From: a virus
Lineage: Duplodnaviria > Caudoviricetes
IMG/VR virus record: IMGVR_UViG_3300037962_000587
Span: 1 to 53,640 of that record
DNA length: 53,640 nt
Reading direction: 5' to 3' (one strand)
A program made the position numbers and the translations under genes. Each line of letters starts with the position of its first letter. Position 1 is the first letter of the stretch. The notes under the pieces were generated by a model. It searched no databases. It saw only the letters and a program-made list of their open reading frames with translations, and had not been told where the DNA came from. Positions 28,409-38,056 of the stretch are shown here, piece by piece.

Positions 28409-29431
28409 TTAACCCGGAGCGTTATAATAACCTATACTAAATCCTTCTTTAGTACATTCTTTTACGGTCTTCTCCATACCGTGTTTCTTAAGGTGCTCCT
28501 CTATATATATACACATATTCTTGTCTGAACCCTCCCAGTTATTTTTATAATAATGGCAGAGCTTTGTACACTTCCAGTGTTCCCTCCTTGTGGACAGTGG
28601 TCTGGGGGTGTTGTTTCTTTTAATTGACTCGAAAGTTTCTCTGAGCATCTCTTTGAACTTTGCCCTGTCCTTACTATCAAAGCACATAGAGAATGGCCCG
28701 CCATCTTTTATGTAAAAAATAGTCATTATGGACTGTTCGTACTCTGGAAAAAGCTTGGATATAGCATAATTATACAGGAGCAACTGCGGATCTTTACAAA
28801 GCTTTTCGTAAGTCTTCTCTTCCCCAGTGGCCCAATCAAGTCTACGTCCAGTTTTCCAGTCGATGACCTCTATTATACCATCTTCCGCTTCAGTTACAAG
28901 GTCTATCGTGCCCTTTATGGCAAGATTTCCTTTGATTATCTCACCATTAGGCATCTCGTACTCATACTTGGCCCAGTCTTCATCTATCTCTATGTCAAAA
29001 TGAGGCTCTGAAGCCACTACGTTTCTAGTTCTTGGGTCAAACTGCCCATCATTATATTCAAATACCACCCACACTAAGTCTAAGCAGTTCTTTCTGTCCT
29101 TGTCTGTAAATTTATTCTTGGAGTTTTTGATATAATAATCAAAGCTACGGTCCAACAATTCAACCACAAAGAAGTCGTCCATAAACTTATCTTTATGTAT
29201 TTTAACTTCCCCTAGGGCATCATCATCTGACTTGAGGAATTTTCTTTGGGGGTTATCTTGCTTGAACTTTTTTAGGTCTGCAAGTACCTCCATTACTTTA
29301 TGAACTATGGTTCCTAGTTCTGCCTTCTTTCCGCTATCGGTTTGATAGCCAAGTACATATGTCAGAAAATACTGCATCTGACAAAATGAATAATTATTAT
29401 AACTCGAACTTCTTATGTAGGTGACTAACAT
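28409..29431 (-). CDS. PD-(D/E)xK nuclease, Cas4/AddB-like exonuclease
   Basis: GTIVHKVME, KGTIDLV, VIDWKTG and QLLLY motifs; one N-terminal and three C-terminal Cys (Fe-S staple). Confidence 0.85.
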   Translation of the reverse strand: MLVTYIRSSSYNNYSFCQMQYFLTYVLGYQTDSGKKAELGTIVHKVMEVLADLKKFKQDNPQRKFLKSDDDALGEVKIHKDKFMDDFFVVELLDRSFDYYIKNSKNKFTDKDRKNCLDLVWVVFEYNDGQFDPRTRNVVASEPHFDIEIDEDWAKYEYEMPNGEIIKGNLAIKGTIDLVTEAEDGIIEVIDWKTGRRLDWATGEEKTYEKLCKDPQLLLYNYAISKLFPEYEQSIMTIFYIKDGGPFSMCFDSKDRAKFKEMLRETFESIKRNNTPRPLSTRREHWKCTKLCHYYKNNWEGSDKNMCIYIEEHLKKHGMEKTVKECTKEGFSIGYYNAPG

Positions 29432-29433
29432 AT

Positions 29434-30198
29434 TTACCTCAAAAACAAATTATTGTAAACTTCATCGTACATTGTTAAGCATTCATTGAGAGGCTTGTCA
29501 TTTTCCACAACCGCATCAAAGTTACTCCAATCAAAATTTTCTTTATCGAGTCCACACTCGCTGGCATGGCAGTCGTCAGATGTTTGCCTTGTTAGCCTAA
29601 TAACCTTACCGCCAGCTTCCTGAATAGACTTTACCTCATTTGGGAATCTGACATCAGCTATAATTGAAAGCGCTGAACCCTCAGCTTTAATCCTGCTGAT
29701 TGCATGATCAACATGAACTGTTCCATGCATACTACGCATGATATCTGTACCAAAGAATTGCATGAACTCACGGGCTGTCATGGGGCCTTTTTTATTTTTG
29801 CCTGAAGGCATGTTTTCCCACAGCAGGTGGGGTATCTTCTCGTTCTTTCTTTCGTCTGTACCGTAAACCTGATCCGGCTTAAGGCCAAAAAATTCAACGC
29901 ACAGATTTTTAAGCCCATCGGCAAAGCTGTACATTTTTACGTATGGCCATATCTCTCTCTCAGCGTACTGAACAAAAGAGGTGTCCTTCCTACAAACGTC
30001 AAACTCTCCCCACCCATATCTACCGGTTGAATCTCGCGTTTCAATAACAAGAGTCCCTGTGTCCTCCTCAATATAGAAATCTCTAGCTAGGTTGAGTTCT
30101 TTTAGGATGTTCCCATGTATGTAATTAGCAGTTGTGTTTTTACCCGACTGCTTCTTGCCCGATATGCCTAGTATCCTAGCCATACAAATTACCTCCAA
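29434..30198 (-). CDS. Deoxynucleoside monophosphate kinase (T4 gp1-like)
   Basis: GISGKKQSGKNT, SFADGLK, REFMQFFGTD and DVRFPNE motifs. Confidence 0.85.
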   Translation of the reverse strand: MEVICMARILGISGKKQSGKNTTANYIHGNILKELNLARDFYIEEDTGTLVIETRDSTGRYGWGEFDVCRKDTSFVQYAEREIWPYVKMYSFADGLKNLCVEFFGLKPDQVYGTDERKNEKIPHLLWENMPSGKNKKGPMTAREFMQFFGTDIMRSMHGTVHVDHAISRIKAEGSALSIIADVRFPNEVKSIQEAGGKVIRLTRQTSDDCHASECGLDKENFDWSNFDAVVENDKPLNECLTMYDEVYNNLFLR

Positions 30199-31213
30199 TT
30201 TGAGTCAATATCTTAGATTCAATCAATTCAACTGGCATGTCGCCTATGTCTTTGCTTGTCATTCTTGGGAAGATCAAGTTGAACATTCTTCCCAGCCTTC
30301 TCTGTATATCAGTCTTCGCTTCTCTACCCGCCTGATCGTTATCGGTGAGTACTACGAGTGTTGTAACTTCGCTACTTGTCAGCTTGTGTATCTGTTGTTC
30401 TGTTAGGGTCTTGCCGAATATGCTAACGGCATTGTTAACACCGGCTTCATAAAGCCTCCATACATCCCCCTGCCCTTCAGTCACAAAGAGGCATGAGGTT
30501 GATGTTGCCACGTCTATAGCCCTGTGGTAGTTGTAGAGGAACATCCTCTTATCAAAGCCTTTTGTGAATAAAAACTTAGGCTTCATGTAGTGCTTAGTTG
30601 TTCTGCCTATGTGGGCTACAATCTCTGACCCATCGTCGTTGTGTATCGGTATGAGAGATCTGTTATGCATAGGTGAAGATTTGTCAACACAGTCACCAAC
30701 TTCAAAGTGTAGTAATGTTGACTCAGCAAAACCTCTTGTTTGAAAGTATGGCGAAGGGTGTATTACATTATACCTGACACCGGTGCTTTCTGACAACTTA
30801 TTATTTTGGTGCTCGGTATTATTTCTAAATATGTTTACCAGCTTTACAAAATCATCCGGCTCCTCAACCTTTTCCACTTTGATGTCATGGCTGTCTATGT
30901 TTAACACCTTGCACACCCAAAGCAAGGCTTCTTTAAAGCCGACAGGCTCACCCGTTGATTGAGACAAGACTCCTTGTATTAATCCAAAAATGTCATTGCC
31001 GTAGTCTTCTTGACAGCCTCTAGTCCAACATGTCCATATTCTCTTGTCTTTGGAAAGAGAGAAGGCTCGGCAGTTGTCGCTACCTTCGTGTATTGGGCAC
31101 GTTGAGTATATATTGTCACCAAGAATCTCATATGACATATCTAGGTTGCTTAGTACTAATTCAATATCTTTAAAGATAATTGATTTAACCTTCTTCAAGT
31201 CCATCATCTGCAA
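30176..31213 (-). CDS. dnaG: DNA primase (CHC2 Zn finger plus TOPRIM)
   Basis: CPIH...CWTRGC, VTEGQGD and DNDQAG motifs. Confidence 0.9.
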   Translation of the reverse strand: MQMMDLKKVKSIIFKDIELVLSNLDMSYEILGDNIYSTCPIHEGSDNCRAFSLSKDKRIWTCWTRGCQEDYGNDIFGLIQGVLSQSTGEPVGFKEALLWVCKVLNIDSHDIKVEKVEEPDDFVKLVNIFRNNTEHQNNKLSESTGVRYNVIHPSPYFQTRGFAESTLLHFEVGDCVDKSSPMHNRSLIPIHNDDGSEIVAHIGRTTKHYMKPKFLFTKGFDKRMFLYNYHRAIDVATSTSCLFVTEGQGDVWRLYEAGVNNAVSIFGKTLTEQQIHKLTSSEVTTLVVLTDNDQAGREAKTDIQRRLGRMFNLIFPRMTSKDIGDMPVELIESKILTQIGGNLYG

Positions 31214-32645
31214 TATTTTCCAACGCTTCTTGACTTATCAAACCAGTGTCTCCAGATGGCTGGTTGTTGAATTCATTTCTAGTTTTTAGCTCCAGTAGCT
31301 TGGCATGCTCACCAACCATATTCATATTTATATAGTCGCCGTCGCTTAAGCCTGCCCCGTGTCTGGATACAATGGGGACAAGTTTCCTATTTCCAGCCTT
31401 GACGCCATCTTCAGCAAGCTCTTCGGCAGACTTTAGTTTGAATATACTGAAGGATGTACACAGCCATATGAGTCTGTCTGAACCACTAACGGTTGCAGTG
31501 GTCTCGGAAGTAATCCCGTCTCTGTTTAGCTGGACAAACGACAAGCATGGGAAGTCGTATTTAACGCACAGGTTATGTAAAGATGTTATTTGGAAACCTA
31601 GAGCTTGGTACTCTTGAACATTGTGCGTTATGGAGTTGGATGTCATTAGCTTAAGGTAGTCATAGATAACAACGCACTCGTTTGTTCTTCCATATTCGTC
31701 TGTGCCAACCTCCTGCATTATCCACCTTTTAATAATATTCAATATTTGTTCAAAAGGTTTACCAGCTACTGATGTGTAACTGTACGGTATGGACTCTATA
31801 TGTTCTACAGCTTCACTAACTTTCTCAAGCTTTTCATCGTCATCGGAAAACTTTCCGGTTGCTATTTCGTTGATGGGTATGCCGCTAAGATTAGCAATGA
31901 TTCTATTTAGATGGTCTTCTTTCGACATTTCTGTGTCTAACATTAGCACTGGCACCCCGTTGGACGCAACGTTCAATGCTACATTGTCAGCGAAAACACT
32001 CTTGCCAACCTTTGGTCTTGCCGATACAAGGTCAACACATTTTCTTCTAAGGCCTCCACCTATAGACATGTCGAACCTAGGAAATCCTGTTGATATACCA
32101 ACTAGGTCGCACTTGTTATCCTTAAGGAACTCTATGTAGTCGTCAGCGCCTTCACCAATTCTTTCAGGCCTTTCACCGCCATCATCCTCTCTGAGAAAGT
32201 CCATGATAGGAGTTTCTACCATGGCCATAATCTGGTCAACGCTCTCGCTACCGTCAACCTTGTCAGCATCCTTAGATATTTTAGATACTAGCGACTTGAT
32301 TTTTCTAGCAATCTCAAACTTCTTGATTTGAGAAGCAAACCTTGGTACGTTCTCAACCTTGATAGGGAAATCAAAAAGAGATTTGATGTACTCAAGCTCT
32401 TGCTTGCTGTTTATAATATCTGAGAAGTTAAGTTGTTCTGCCGCAGATAGAATAGAGGGTAGGTCAACTTCCGCCCCACCCTCAATCACCCTAGAAAGGC
32501 ACTTGTAGAGAACTTGATTGTTGGTGTTACCAAAAGTTTGGTGATCTATTATGTCGGATATTTCAACGTAAGCTTCGGTTCCATATCTAAGCAAGCCCGC
32601 AAGGACAGCTCTCTCGGAACCAATGTCTGTCAAATTTGAACTCAT
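31185..32645 (-). CDS. dnaB: Replicative DNA helicase
   Basis: SERAVLAGL, GISTGF, ARPKVGKS, DTEM, YDYLKL and QLNR motifs. Confidence 0.93.
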   Translation of the reverse strand: MSSNLTDIGSERAVLAGLLRYGTEAYVEISDIIDHQTFGNTNNQVLYKCLSRVIEGGAEVDLPSILSAAEQLNFSDIINSKQELEYIKSLFDFPIKVENVPRFASQIKKFEIARKIKSLVSKISKDADKVDGSESVDQIMAMVETPIMDFLREDDGGERPERIGEGADDYIEFLKDNKCDLVGISTGFPRFDMSIGGGLRRKCVDLVSARPKVGKSVFADNVALNVASNGVPVLMLDTEMSKEDHLNRIIANLSGIPINEIATGKFSDDDEKLEKVSEAVEHIESIPYSYTSVAGKPFEQILNIIKRWIMQEVGTDEYGRTNECVVIYDYLKLMTSNSITHNVQEYQALGFQITSLHNLCVKYDFPCLSFVQLNRDGITSETTATVSGSDRLIWLCTSFSIFKLKSAEELAEDGVKAGNRKLVPIVSRHGAGLSDGDYINMNMVGEHAKLLELKTRNEFNNQPSGDTGLISQEALENIADDGLEEG

Positions 32646-32669
32646 TACTTGGTAGACTCCCGGTCTTGT

Positions 32670-33044
32670 TTACCTTCCGGTACATTTATTGCATCTGTAA
32701 TATTCCCCGTATGTATATCTGGGGTCAATCTTATATGTCTTGCCACATACGTGACATTCTATATCCACCTTCTTTGGTGCTCCTCTTCTTCTTGGGGTTC
32801 TGGAAACGTCTGGCGTCTCAACGTCCCTAAATTCACCTGTATCTACCCACTTATTTTCACGGGCTGTCACTTTTGTTCTCCTCGTATTAGTAGTTTGGTC
32901 ATTTCTGGTTACTTTAAAATCTTCACTGACAGGCTCTTCCCCTGCTTCCGCTTCTATTTCTTCGGTCTCGCTAGCGCCCAGAGCCTGAAGTAGTTTTTTC
33001 TTCTGCTCGGGTGATAGTGAACCAACAAAATCATCCATACTCAT
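32670..33044 (-). CDS. Zinc-ribbon protein
   Basis: CHVC...CNKC at the C-terminus. Confidence 0.6.
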   Translation of the reverse strand: MSMDDFVGSLSPEQKKKLLQALGASETEEIEAEAGEEPVSEDFKVTRNDQTTNTRRTKVTARENKWVDTGEFRDVETPDVSRTPRRRGAPKKVDIECHVCGKTYKIDPRYTYGEYYRCNKCTGR

Positions 33045-33520
33045 AGTCTTTTACCTTTTTCTAAAAGAATGTCTCCCTTTCTCTTTAGCTCAAAAACCTT
33101 GCCTTCCAGAGACTGAAGTCTGGCTTCAGCAACAACTCTCATCTGGTCGCACTTTGCGGCATAGCTGTTATCTCTAACAATGCTTTGACGCTTTACTTCA
33201 TGTTTGGTATACTGATCAAAGCTGGCAAGGTTGGCAACGACCATCTTCTCTATCTGGTCATTGCACCAACTAAGCACGACCTTATTCTTGTTGATCTCGT
33301 CCTGAATATACGAAGCATAACCATACAGTAAGTATGCGTGGTCGAAGTGCTCTTGCTGTGTGAGTGAGGATATTGCAGAGATAGACATGTCGGCAGAGAT
33401 CAGGTATTCCTCATGGAAGTTTGAAAACCTGACATTGGAAAGGTCTAAGTAGTCGTCTATTTGCTCTATGTGCTTTGACAGTCTGTCAGCCGCTTTTAAT
33501 TGCATTTCGCCATTCATCAT
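33041..33520 (-). CDS. Helical hypothetical protein, possible UvsY-like recombination mediator
   Basis: Coiled-coil character, size, and position between recA and dnaB. Confidence 0.4.
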   Translation of the reverse strand: MMNGEMQLKAADRLSKHIEQIDDYLDLSNVRFSNFHEEYLISADMSISAISSLTQQEHFDHAYLLYGYASYIQDEINKNKVVLSWCNDQIEKMVVANLASFDQYTKHEVKRQSIVRDNSYAAKCDQMRVVAEARLQSLEGKVFELKRKGDILLEKGKRL

Positions 33521-33908
33521 CGGTATCCGAATATTTAAGTGTTATCAATTCTATCCCATTCAGCTCACACCAGTCAGCCTTGTCTTCATCTCTGGCTTTC
33601 GCTAACAGGAAATCTCTCTTAGTCTTATGGAAGAACGGTATGTGTTCATAATGTTGTCTACCGTGAACCTCTACCCCAAGCATTAAATTAGGTATAAAGA
33701 AATCAAGATAGAGAACCGATCTTCTGTGGGAAGCAGTGCTGCCGGGGAGTTTGACTTCCTCTAGAATCCGGTAGCTGCTATAAATCTCCTTGATTATTTT
33801 TCTGGCTCTAAGGTGGTGCTTGGATCTTCTCTTTGTGTCATTGTTATACACATCGTATTTGGAAAGGTTCCAAACATACTCTCTACCATTAAAGCCTTTA
33901 GCTTTCAA
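33486..33908 (-). CDS. Vsr/DUF559-like endonuclease
   Basis: LYLDFFIP...VEVHGRQHY...RDEDKADWC...GIELI. Confidence 0.75.
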   Translation of the reverse strand: MKAKGFNGREYVWNLSKYDVYNNDTKRRSKHHLRARKIIKEIYSSYRILEEVKLPGSTASHRRSVLYLDFFIPNLMLGVEVHGRQHYEHIPFFHKTKRDFLLAKARDEDKADWCELNGIELITLKYSDTDDEWRNAIKSG

Positions 33909-35007
33909 TTAGAAGTTCCTTGATTTGTCTATAAACAAAATCGCAAACACCTCGGTTGGCATTCAGAAATTCCGAGAGATTATTTACACCCTGAAACTTG
34001 AAAAACTTCTCAACACTTTCATCACTAAGGTCAACATCGTTGTCGGCTAGTACTTTGGAGATCGCTGGATCTTCTTGATTTTCTAGGGCGCAGGAAATAG
34101 TGTACCAAGCTCCGGCAGCTTTGATTAACCTGAACTCACAAGCTATCTGAACTACTTCCTGAACTTCATCTATGCCAACACCGTACTTAATCCAGCTCTC
34201 TGCTGTAGAGTTGGGGGTACCGCCTGCGTTAGATGTTAAAACTTTCCAGTTAGCTATCTGTCCTACGTGTGGGCCTGTATCTTTAGGTACTTGCCACCTG
34301 CCTCTATGGGTGATGGCTATGTTTGTTCCAGCTTGATACTGAATCATATTGCCGCCATCGGTCATCTTAGCTGGTGCCCACCTGCTACCACCAGTATTAG
34401 CGATGTTGTGTAGGATGAATAATGCAATGGTCTTATTCTTCGTTACCTGACCTCCAATTCTCTTTAGAAACATTGATAGCAGACGAGGTAGTGCATTTCT
34501 AACACCTGTTCTGATCAGTCCTTCCAGTTCGTCTTTAGGAACCATGCTGGAGACGGAATCAACGATGATAACACACTCTGGGTCATTGTTTATGTACATC
34601 TCAATGATGTTTAAGAAGTCTTCCGCTGAGAGAACTCTATCGTCTGTTGACTCAACGACTATAATATCATCCTTGTTCAGGCTTTCTATCCCCTCAAAAT
34701 TCTGAACTGCTAGGCGACCTTCTGTATTTACGTAGATAACCTTTTTGCCTTCCTGCTGACATTTTCCTGCAAAGTGCAAGGCTGTTGTTGTCTTTCCCGT
34801 CTTGGGGTCGCCAGACATCACTACGCAACTACCTTCTCTGATGCCTCCACCTAAAGCTAAGTCAAGGGCTGGTGACACGCTTAGCACTGAAAGACTGTTA
34901 AGGTTTTCCAGAACCTCAGTTCCCGGTCTTACGACATCGCCGTAAGTGGAGAACACGTTGTTGCTAGTCGGATCGTTATCAAATTTATTGGTCTTCTTCT
35001 TTGCCAT
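33898..35007 (-). CDS. recA: RecA/UvsX-like recombinase (divergent, phage type)
   Basis: LDLALGGGI, GDPKTGKTT, IIVDSVSSMVPKDELEG, YGVGID and AGAWY motifs. Confidence 0.9.
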   Translation of the reverse strand: MAKKKTNKFDNDPTSNNVFSTYGDVVRPGTEVLENLNSLSVLSVSPALDLALGGGIREGSCVVMSGDPKTGKTTTALHFAGKCQQEGKKVIYVNTEGRLAVQNFEGIESLNKDDIIVVESTDDRVLSAEDFLNIIEMYINNDPECVIIVDSVSSMVPKDELEGLIRTGVRNALPRLLSMFLKRIGGQVTKNKTIALFILHNIANTGGSRWAPAKMTDGGNMIQYQAGTNIAITHRGRWQVPKDTGPHVGQIANWKVLTSNAGGTPNSTAESWIKYGVGIDEVQEVVQIACEFRLIKAAGAWYTISCALENQEDPAISKVLADNDVDLSDESVEKFFKFQGVNNLSEFLNANRGVCDFVYRQIKELLIES

Positions 35008-35437
35008 CTAATTCCCTCAACTTTTGTAATCGTGTTTTCTTTCCGTAGCCACGTCTTGTTTTTGGCTTGGAGGTTTCCTCTACCCTTATAGTAGCGGACT
35101 GAGACGTTTGTTGCTTAATGATTTTTTCATATTTCTCAATGATTTTCGGTAAAGCTGGGTACCGAAGCGAATAAACCCTTTTGCACTCGGGTGAATTGAT
35201 AGCTTTAACTATTGCGGCTTCGCTATATTTTTTAACTAATCTGTTTGCTAGCACTACTTGATGCTGATAGTGCTTCTTCCACTTCGGCAGGTTCCAGAAT
35301 TTGTGCGCCTGAGATCCTATGTTCTCTTTCTCAGCCATTCTGTTGCACATAACTTCTGCAACATATTGGGCGCATGTTATAAAGTCTCCAGTAGAGGGAG
35401 ACTTGTACCTGCTGTTATTCGTCGGTTCTTTCGGCAT
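34985..35437 (-). CDS. Hypothetical basic protein
   Basis: Coupled ORF within the operon. Confidence 0.6.
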   Translation of the reverse strand: MPKEPTNNSRYKSPSTGDFITCAQYVAEVMCNRMAEKENIGSQAHKFWNLPKWKKHYQHQVVLANRLVKKYSEAAIVKAINSPECKRVYSLRYPALPKIIEKYEKIIKQQTSQSATIRVEETSKPKTRRGYGKKTRLQKLRELDGKEEDQ

Positions 35438-35849
35438 GATGGTATATTATAGCTTCCTCAAAGCAATTGTCAAGTGTGTCTTCTGATTTTTCCTCTTCAA
35501 CCAGCTCAGGGATGAGCCATCTTGTTTTATGAACTACATCCCCTTTGAGCTTTCCAACGGTATAATAATTTCTAGTCCATGATCCTACTTCTCCTAAGAC
35601 CGATCTCACTAAATAAGAACCCTCGCAATCATTCATGTCTACGGTTATCTTGTGAGATTTAAATTGCAAATTAATAGCGCTTACTGACAAGTCTTCTTGC
35701 TGGCACTTTCTTTTTATATCAAGCCACTCCTTATGGTTGTTGAAATATATATCAGTACCATTGGATAGGTTTACAGTTACCCATATGCACTCGCTATCAC
35801 CTCTGTAGGCTTCTATAAAACCTTTGTATGTTGTTATGAAATCAGTCAT
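35415..35849 (-). CDS. Hypothetical protein
   Basis: Coupled ORF. Confidence 0.6.
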   Translation of the reverse strand: MTDFITTYKGFIEAYRGDSECIWVTVNLSNGTDIYFNNHKEWLDIKRKCQQEDLSVSAINLQFKSHKITVDMNDCEGSYLVRSVLGEVGSWTRNYYTVGKLKGDVVHKTRWLIPELVEEEKSEDTLDNCFEEAIIYHHAERTDE

Positions 35850-36145
35850 TTTTTAATCCGTGTAACGCAGTCCCTTTTGCTAGACTTTTTCTTGGCTGTC
35901 TTCTTATCGTCGGCCATAGAGGAAGCATTTTCTGTCATCAGCACAATACCTTCTCTTCTGGCCATCTGACTTCCAGCGGTAATCGTTGATGAAACGGGGT
36001 CTTCTTTATCTAGTTTGCTAACAAGATTCTTTACGGTGACAAGAGGCCTATCAAGAGCTTTTGCTATATCCTCAATGGATGTCGTCTTGTAGTGGCCTTT
36101 AACGTAATATTTTTCCGCAGTTCCTAATGGTCCTTTTTTAGTCAT
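35846..36145 (-). CDS. Hypothetical protein with possible HTH
   Basis: SIEDIAKALDRPLVTVKNLV. Confidence 0.5.
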   Translation of the reverse strand: MTKKGPLGTAEKYYVKGHYKTTSIEDIAKALDRPLVTVKNLVSKLDKEDPVSSTITAGSQMARREGIVLMTENASSMADDKKTAKKKSSKRDCVTRIKK

Positions 36146-36497
36146 TGATAAAACTCCTTTGAGATCTAGTTAAGTATAACGAGTTACGTGTTTTTAGATA
36201 CAGCATATAAAAATCAAAAGTCTCCTTGCTGACTCTTCTCATCTTCGCATCTACATAATCCTCTCTGTGGCTATGCATACCCCAAGGATCGTAGACAACA
36301 CCGTTGTACACTTTGATGTAGTGAGACTCAGTAATGCCTGACCGAGTGGTGTTCTTGACAATTTTAGCGTAAGATTTTTCCTTTTCATTATCCACGAGAT
36401 CCCCCGTGCTATTAAAGGTTTTTTCTGTTGTGTGGTCATCTAAACCACCCTTTTTAATTTTACTTATGTACTTCATTTTCCCTCCGGGGTTAACCAA
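36138..36497 (-). CDS. Hypothetical protein
   Basis: Coupled ORF. Confidence 0.6.
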   Translation of the reverse strand: MVNPGGKMKYISKIKKGGLDDHTTEKTFNSTGDLVDNEKEKSYAKIVKNTTRSGITESHYIKVYNGVVYDPWGMHSHREDYVDAKMRRVSKETFDFYMLYLKTRNSLYLTRSQRSFIND

Positions 36498-36831
36498 AAA
36501 CTAAATATAGTAGGAGTAATATCTGAAACATAAAAACTCCTAAGCATACAAAGAAGCCCTTCTTCTTGTTCTTCCTGTAGATCATAATAATTGTCATGAC
36601 AGACAGGAGGGTTCCAAATATTTTGCAGGGTATTACAACAGACCAGTCACCTGTGATTAATGCCATTTTTACTATTACTGGATTCTTTTCTGTTAGCCTT
36701 AATGTAAGTTCGTTAGATGGATCTATCAGCCAGATCGCCAAGAAGAGGTCGATGGCTGATATAAGACATATAATCAACAGCATGCACGCGATGCTCAAAT
36801 TGCGACCATTCTTGGAATCCATTTTGGGCAC
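36490..36831 (-). CDS. Three-TM membrane protein, DUF5658-like
   Basis: Hydrophobic helices with D in TM1, an ExNP motif (EKNP) and K in TM2. Confidence 0.55.
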   Translation of the reverse strand: MPKMDSKNGRNLSIACMLLIICLISAIDLFLAIWLIDPSNELTLRLTEKNPVIVKMALITGDWSVVIPCKIFGTLLSVMTIIMIYRKNKKKGFFVCLGVFMFQILLLLYLVFG

Positions 36832-37494
36832 CTACTCGTCTAAAGCTTGTAATATCTCACCGATGATCGAGTGTCTCTGGATGTCTTCATAGTCTAGCTC
36901 TACTGTACCTACGCCATCTATATATTCTATCTTATCCATGCAAACATGTAAACCGCTTCTGTCTCGCAGGTCTGTTTGCTTGAGGTCGCCATTGATTATA
37001 CACTTAGAATGCTCACCCATCCTAGTGAGGAACATTTTTATTTGCTCCAATGTGCAGTTTTGAGCTTCATCTAGAATCATATATGAATCATGAAACGTAG
37101 CACCCCTCATGGTTTCTAGAGGCTCAAACCTTATTTGACCTCTATTCATATAGTGTCCATATAAAGCCTGTCCAAGAAAGAACTTTAGATTCTCTTCCAT
37201 CGGCAGCAGGTAGGGTTTGATCTTTTCATCAACATATCCGGGCATAGCTCCTATTTCTCTGCCAGCACAAACTAGCGGTCTTGTTACCACAATTTGTTCT
37301 ATCTTGCCGTGATGCAAGTGCTCAGAAGCTATACCGGCAGCTACAAAAGACTTACCAGTGCCTGCTGGCCCCACACAAAACGTCACATCGTTGTCTATGA
37401 TTGATCTTATGTATTCCCGCTGGTTGTACGTCTTAGCTTCTATCGGCTTTAACTTCTGGGGTTGTTTATTGTTTTTCTTTTGTTTTCTGTGCAT
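36832..37494 (-). CDS. phoH: PhoH family ATPase
   Basis: GPAGTGKS, VTRP, MRGATF, LDEAQN and GDLKQTDL motifs. Confidence 0.93.
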   Translation of the reverse strand: MHRKQKKNNKQPQKLKPIEAKTYNQREYIRSIIDNDVTFCVGPAGTGKSFVAAGIASEHLHHGKIEQIVVTRPLVCAGREIGAMPGYVDEKIKPYLLPMEENLKFFLGQALYGHYMNRGQIRFEPLETMRGATFHDSYMILDEAQNCTLEQIKMFLTRMGEHSKCIINGDLKQTDLRDRSGLHVCMDKIEYIDGVGTVELDYEDIQRHSIIGEILQALDE

Positions 37495-37504
37495 GTTTAC
37501 CTTT

Positions 37505-38044
37505 TCATCTGCCCGAACTACCGAATCCGTCTTCTCCTCTTTCGCTAGAAGAGAGTTCGCTAACTTCGGTTAGTTGGAAATAAGGAACTGGTTGGAATAA
37601 TATTTGGGCAATCCTGTCGCCCTTTTTGACATTAACAGCTTCAGATGACGAGTTGTAGAGACATACGCCAACATCTCCTCTGTATCCAGAGTCAACAACC
37701 CCTGCGAATACGTCAATACCGCTCTTTACAGCCAGTCCAGATCGAGGCCATATCAACCCAACAAAACCTTTAGGTATCTGTAAAGAGATTCCAGTCTTTA
37801 TCAGAGATCTTGAAACTGGTGGTATTTCCACATCCTCAAGCGAATACAAGTCCCATCCGGCGTCTGATAGATTTGCTTTTGTGGGTGTTGTGGCACCTTC
37901 ATCTAGCTTTGTAAACTTCAGAGACCTTATTGAGAGAGGTTCTTCTTGTTTACTATTCTTATTACTTTGTAGCTGATTCCTCCTATGAATGTGGTCATCG
38001 CACCCTGAGTTAGTAGACCTTCCATCGTAATTAATCGTATTCAT
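37505..38044 (-). CDS. dut: Trimeric dUTPase with N-terminal extension
   Basis: AGWDL, PRSGLA, GVVDSGYRG, GDRIAQ and RGEDGFGSSG motifs. Confidence 0.95.
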   Translation of the reverse strand: MNTINYDGRSTNSGCDDHIHRRNQLQSNKNSKQEEPLSIRSLKFTKLDEGATTPTKANLSDAGWDLYSLEDVEIPPVSRSLIKTGISLQIPKGFVGLIWPRSGLAVKSGIDVFAGVVDSGYRGDVGVCLYNSSSEAVNVKKGDRIAQILFQPVPYFQLTEVSELSSSERGEDGFGSSGR

Positions 38045-38056
38045 ACGTACTTTCCT

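Noticed and set aside
28409-29431. Cas4-like nuclease as a sign of a CRISPR-Cas system
   Set aside because: No other cas genes and no repeat-spacer array seen; solo Cas4-like exonucleases are common in phage replication modules.
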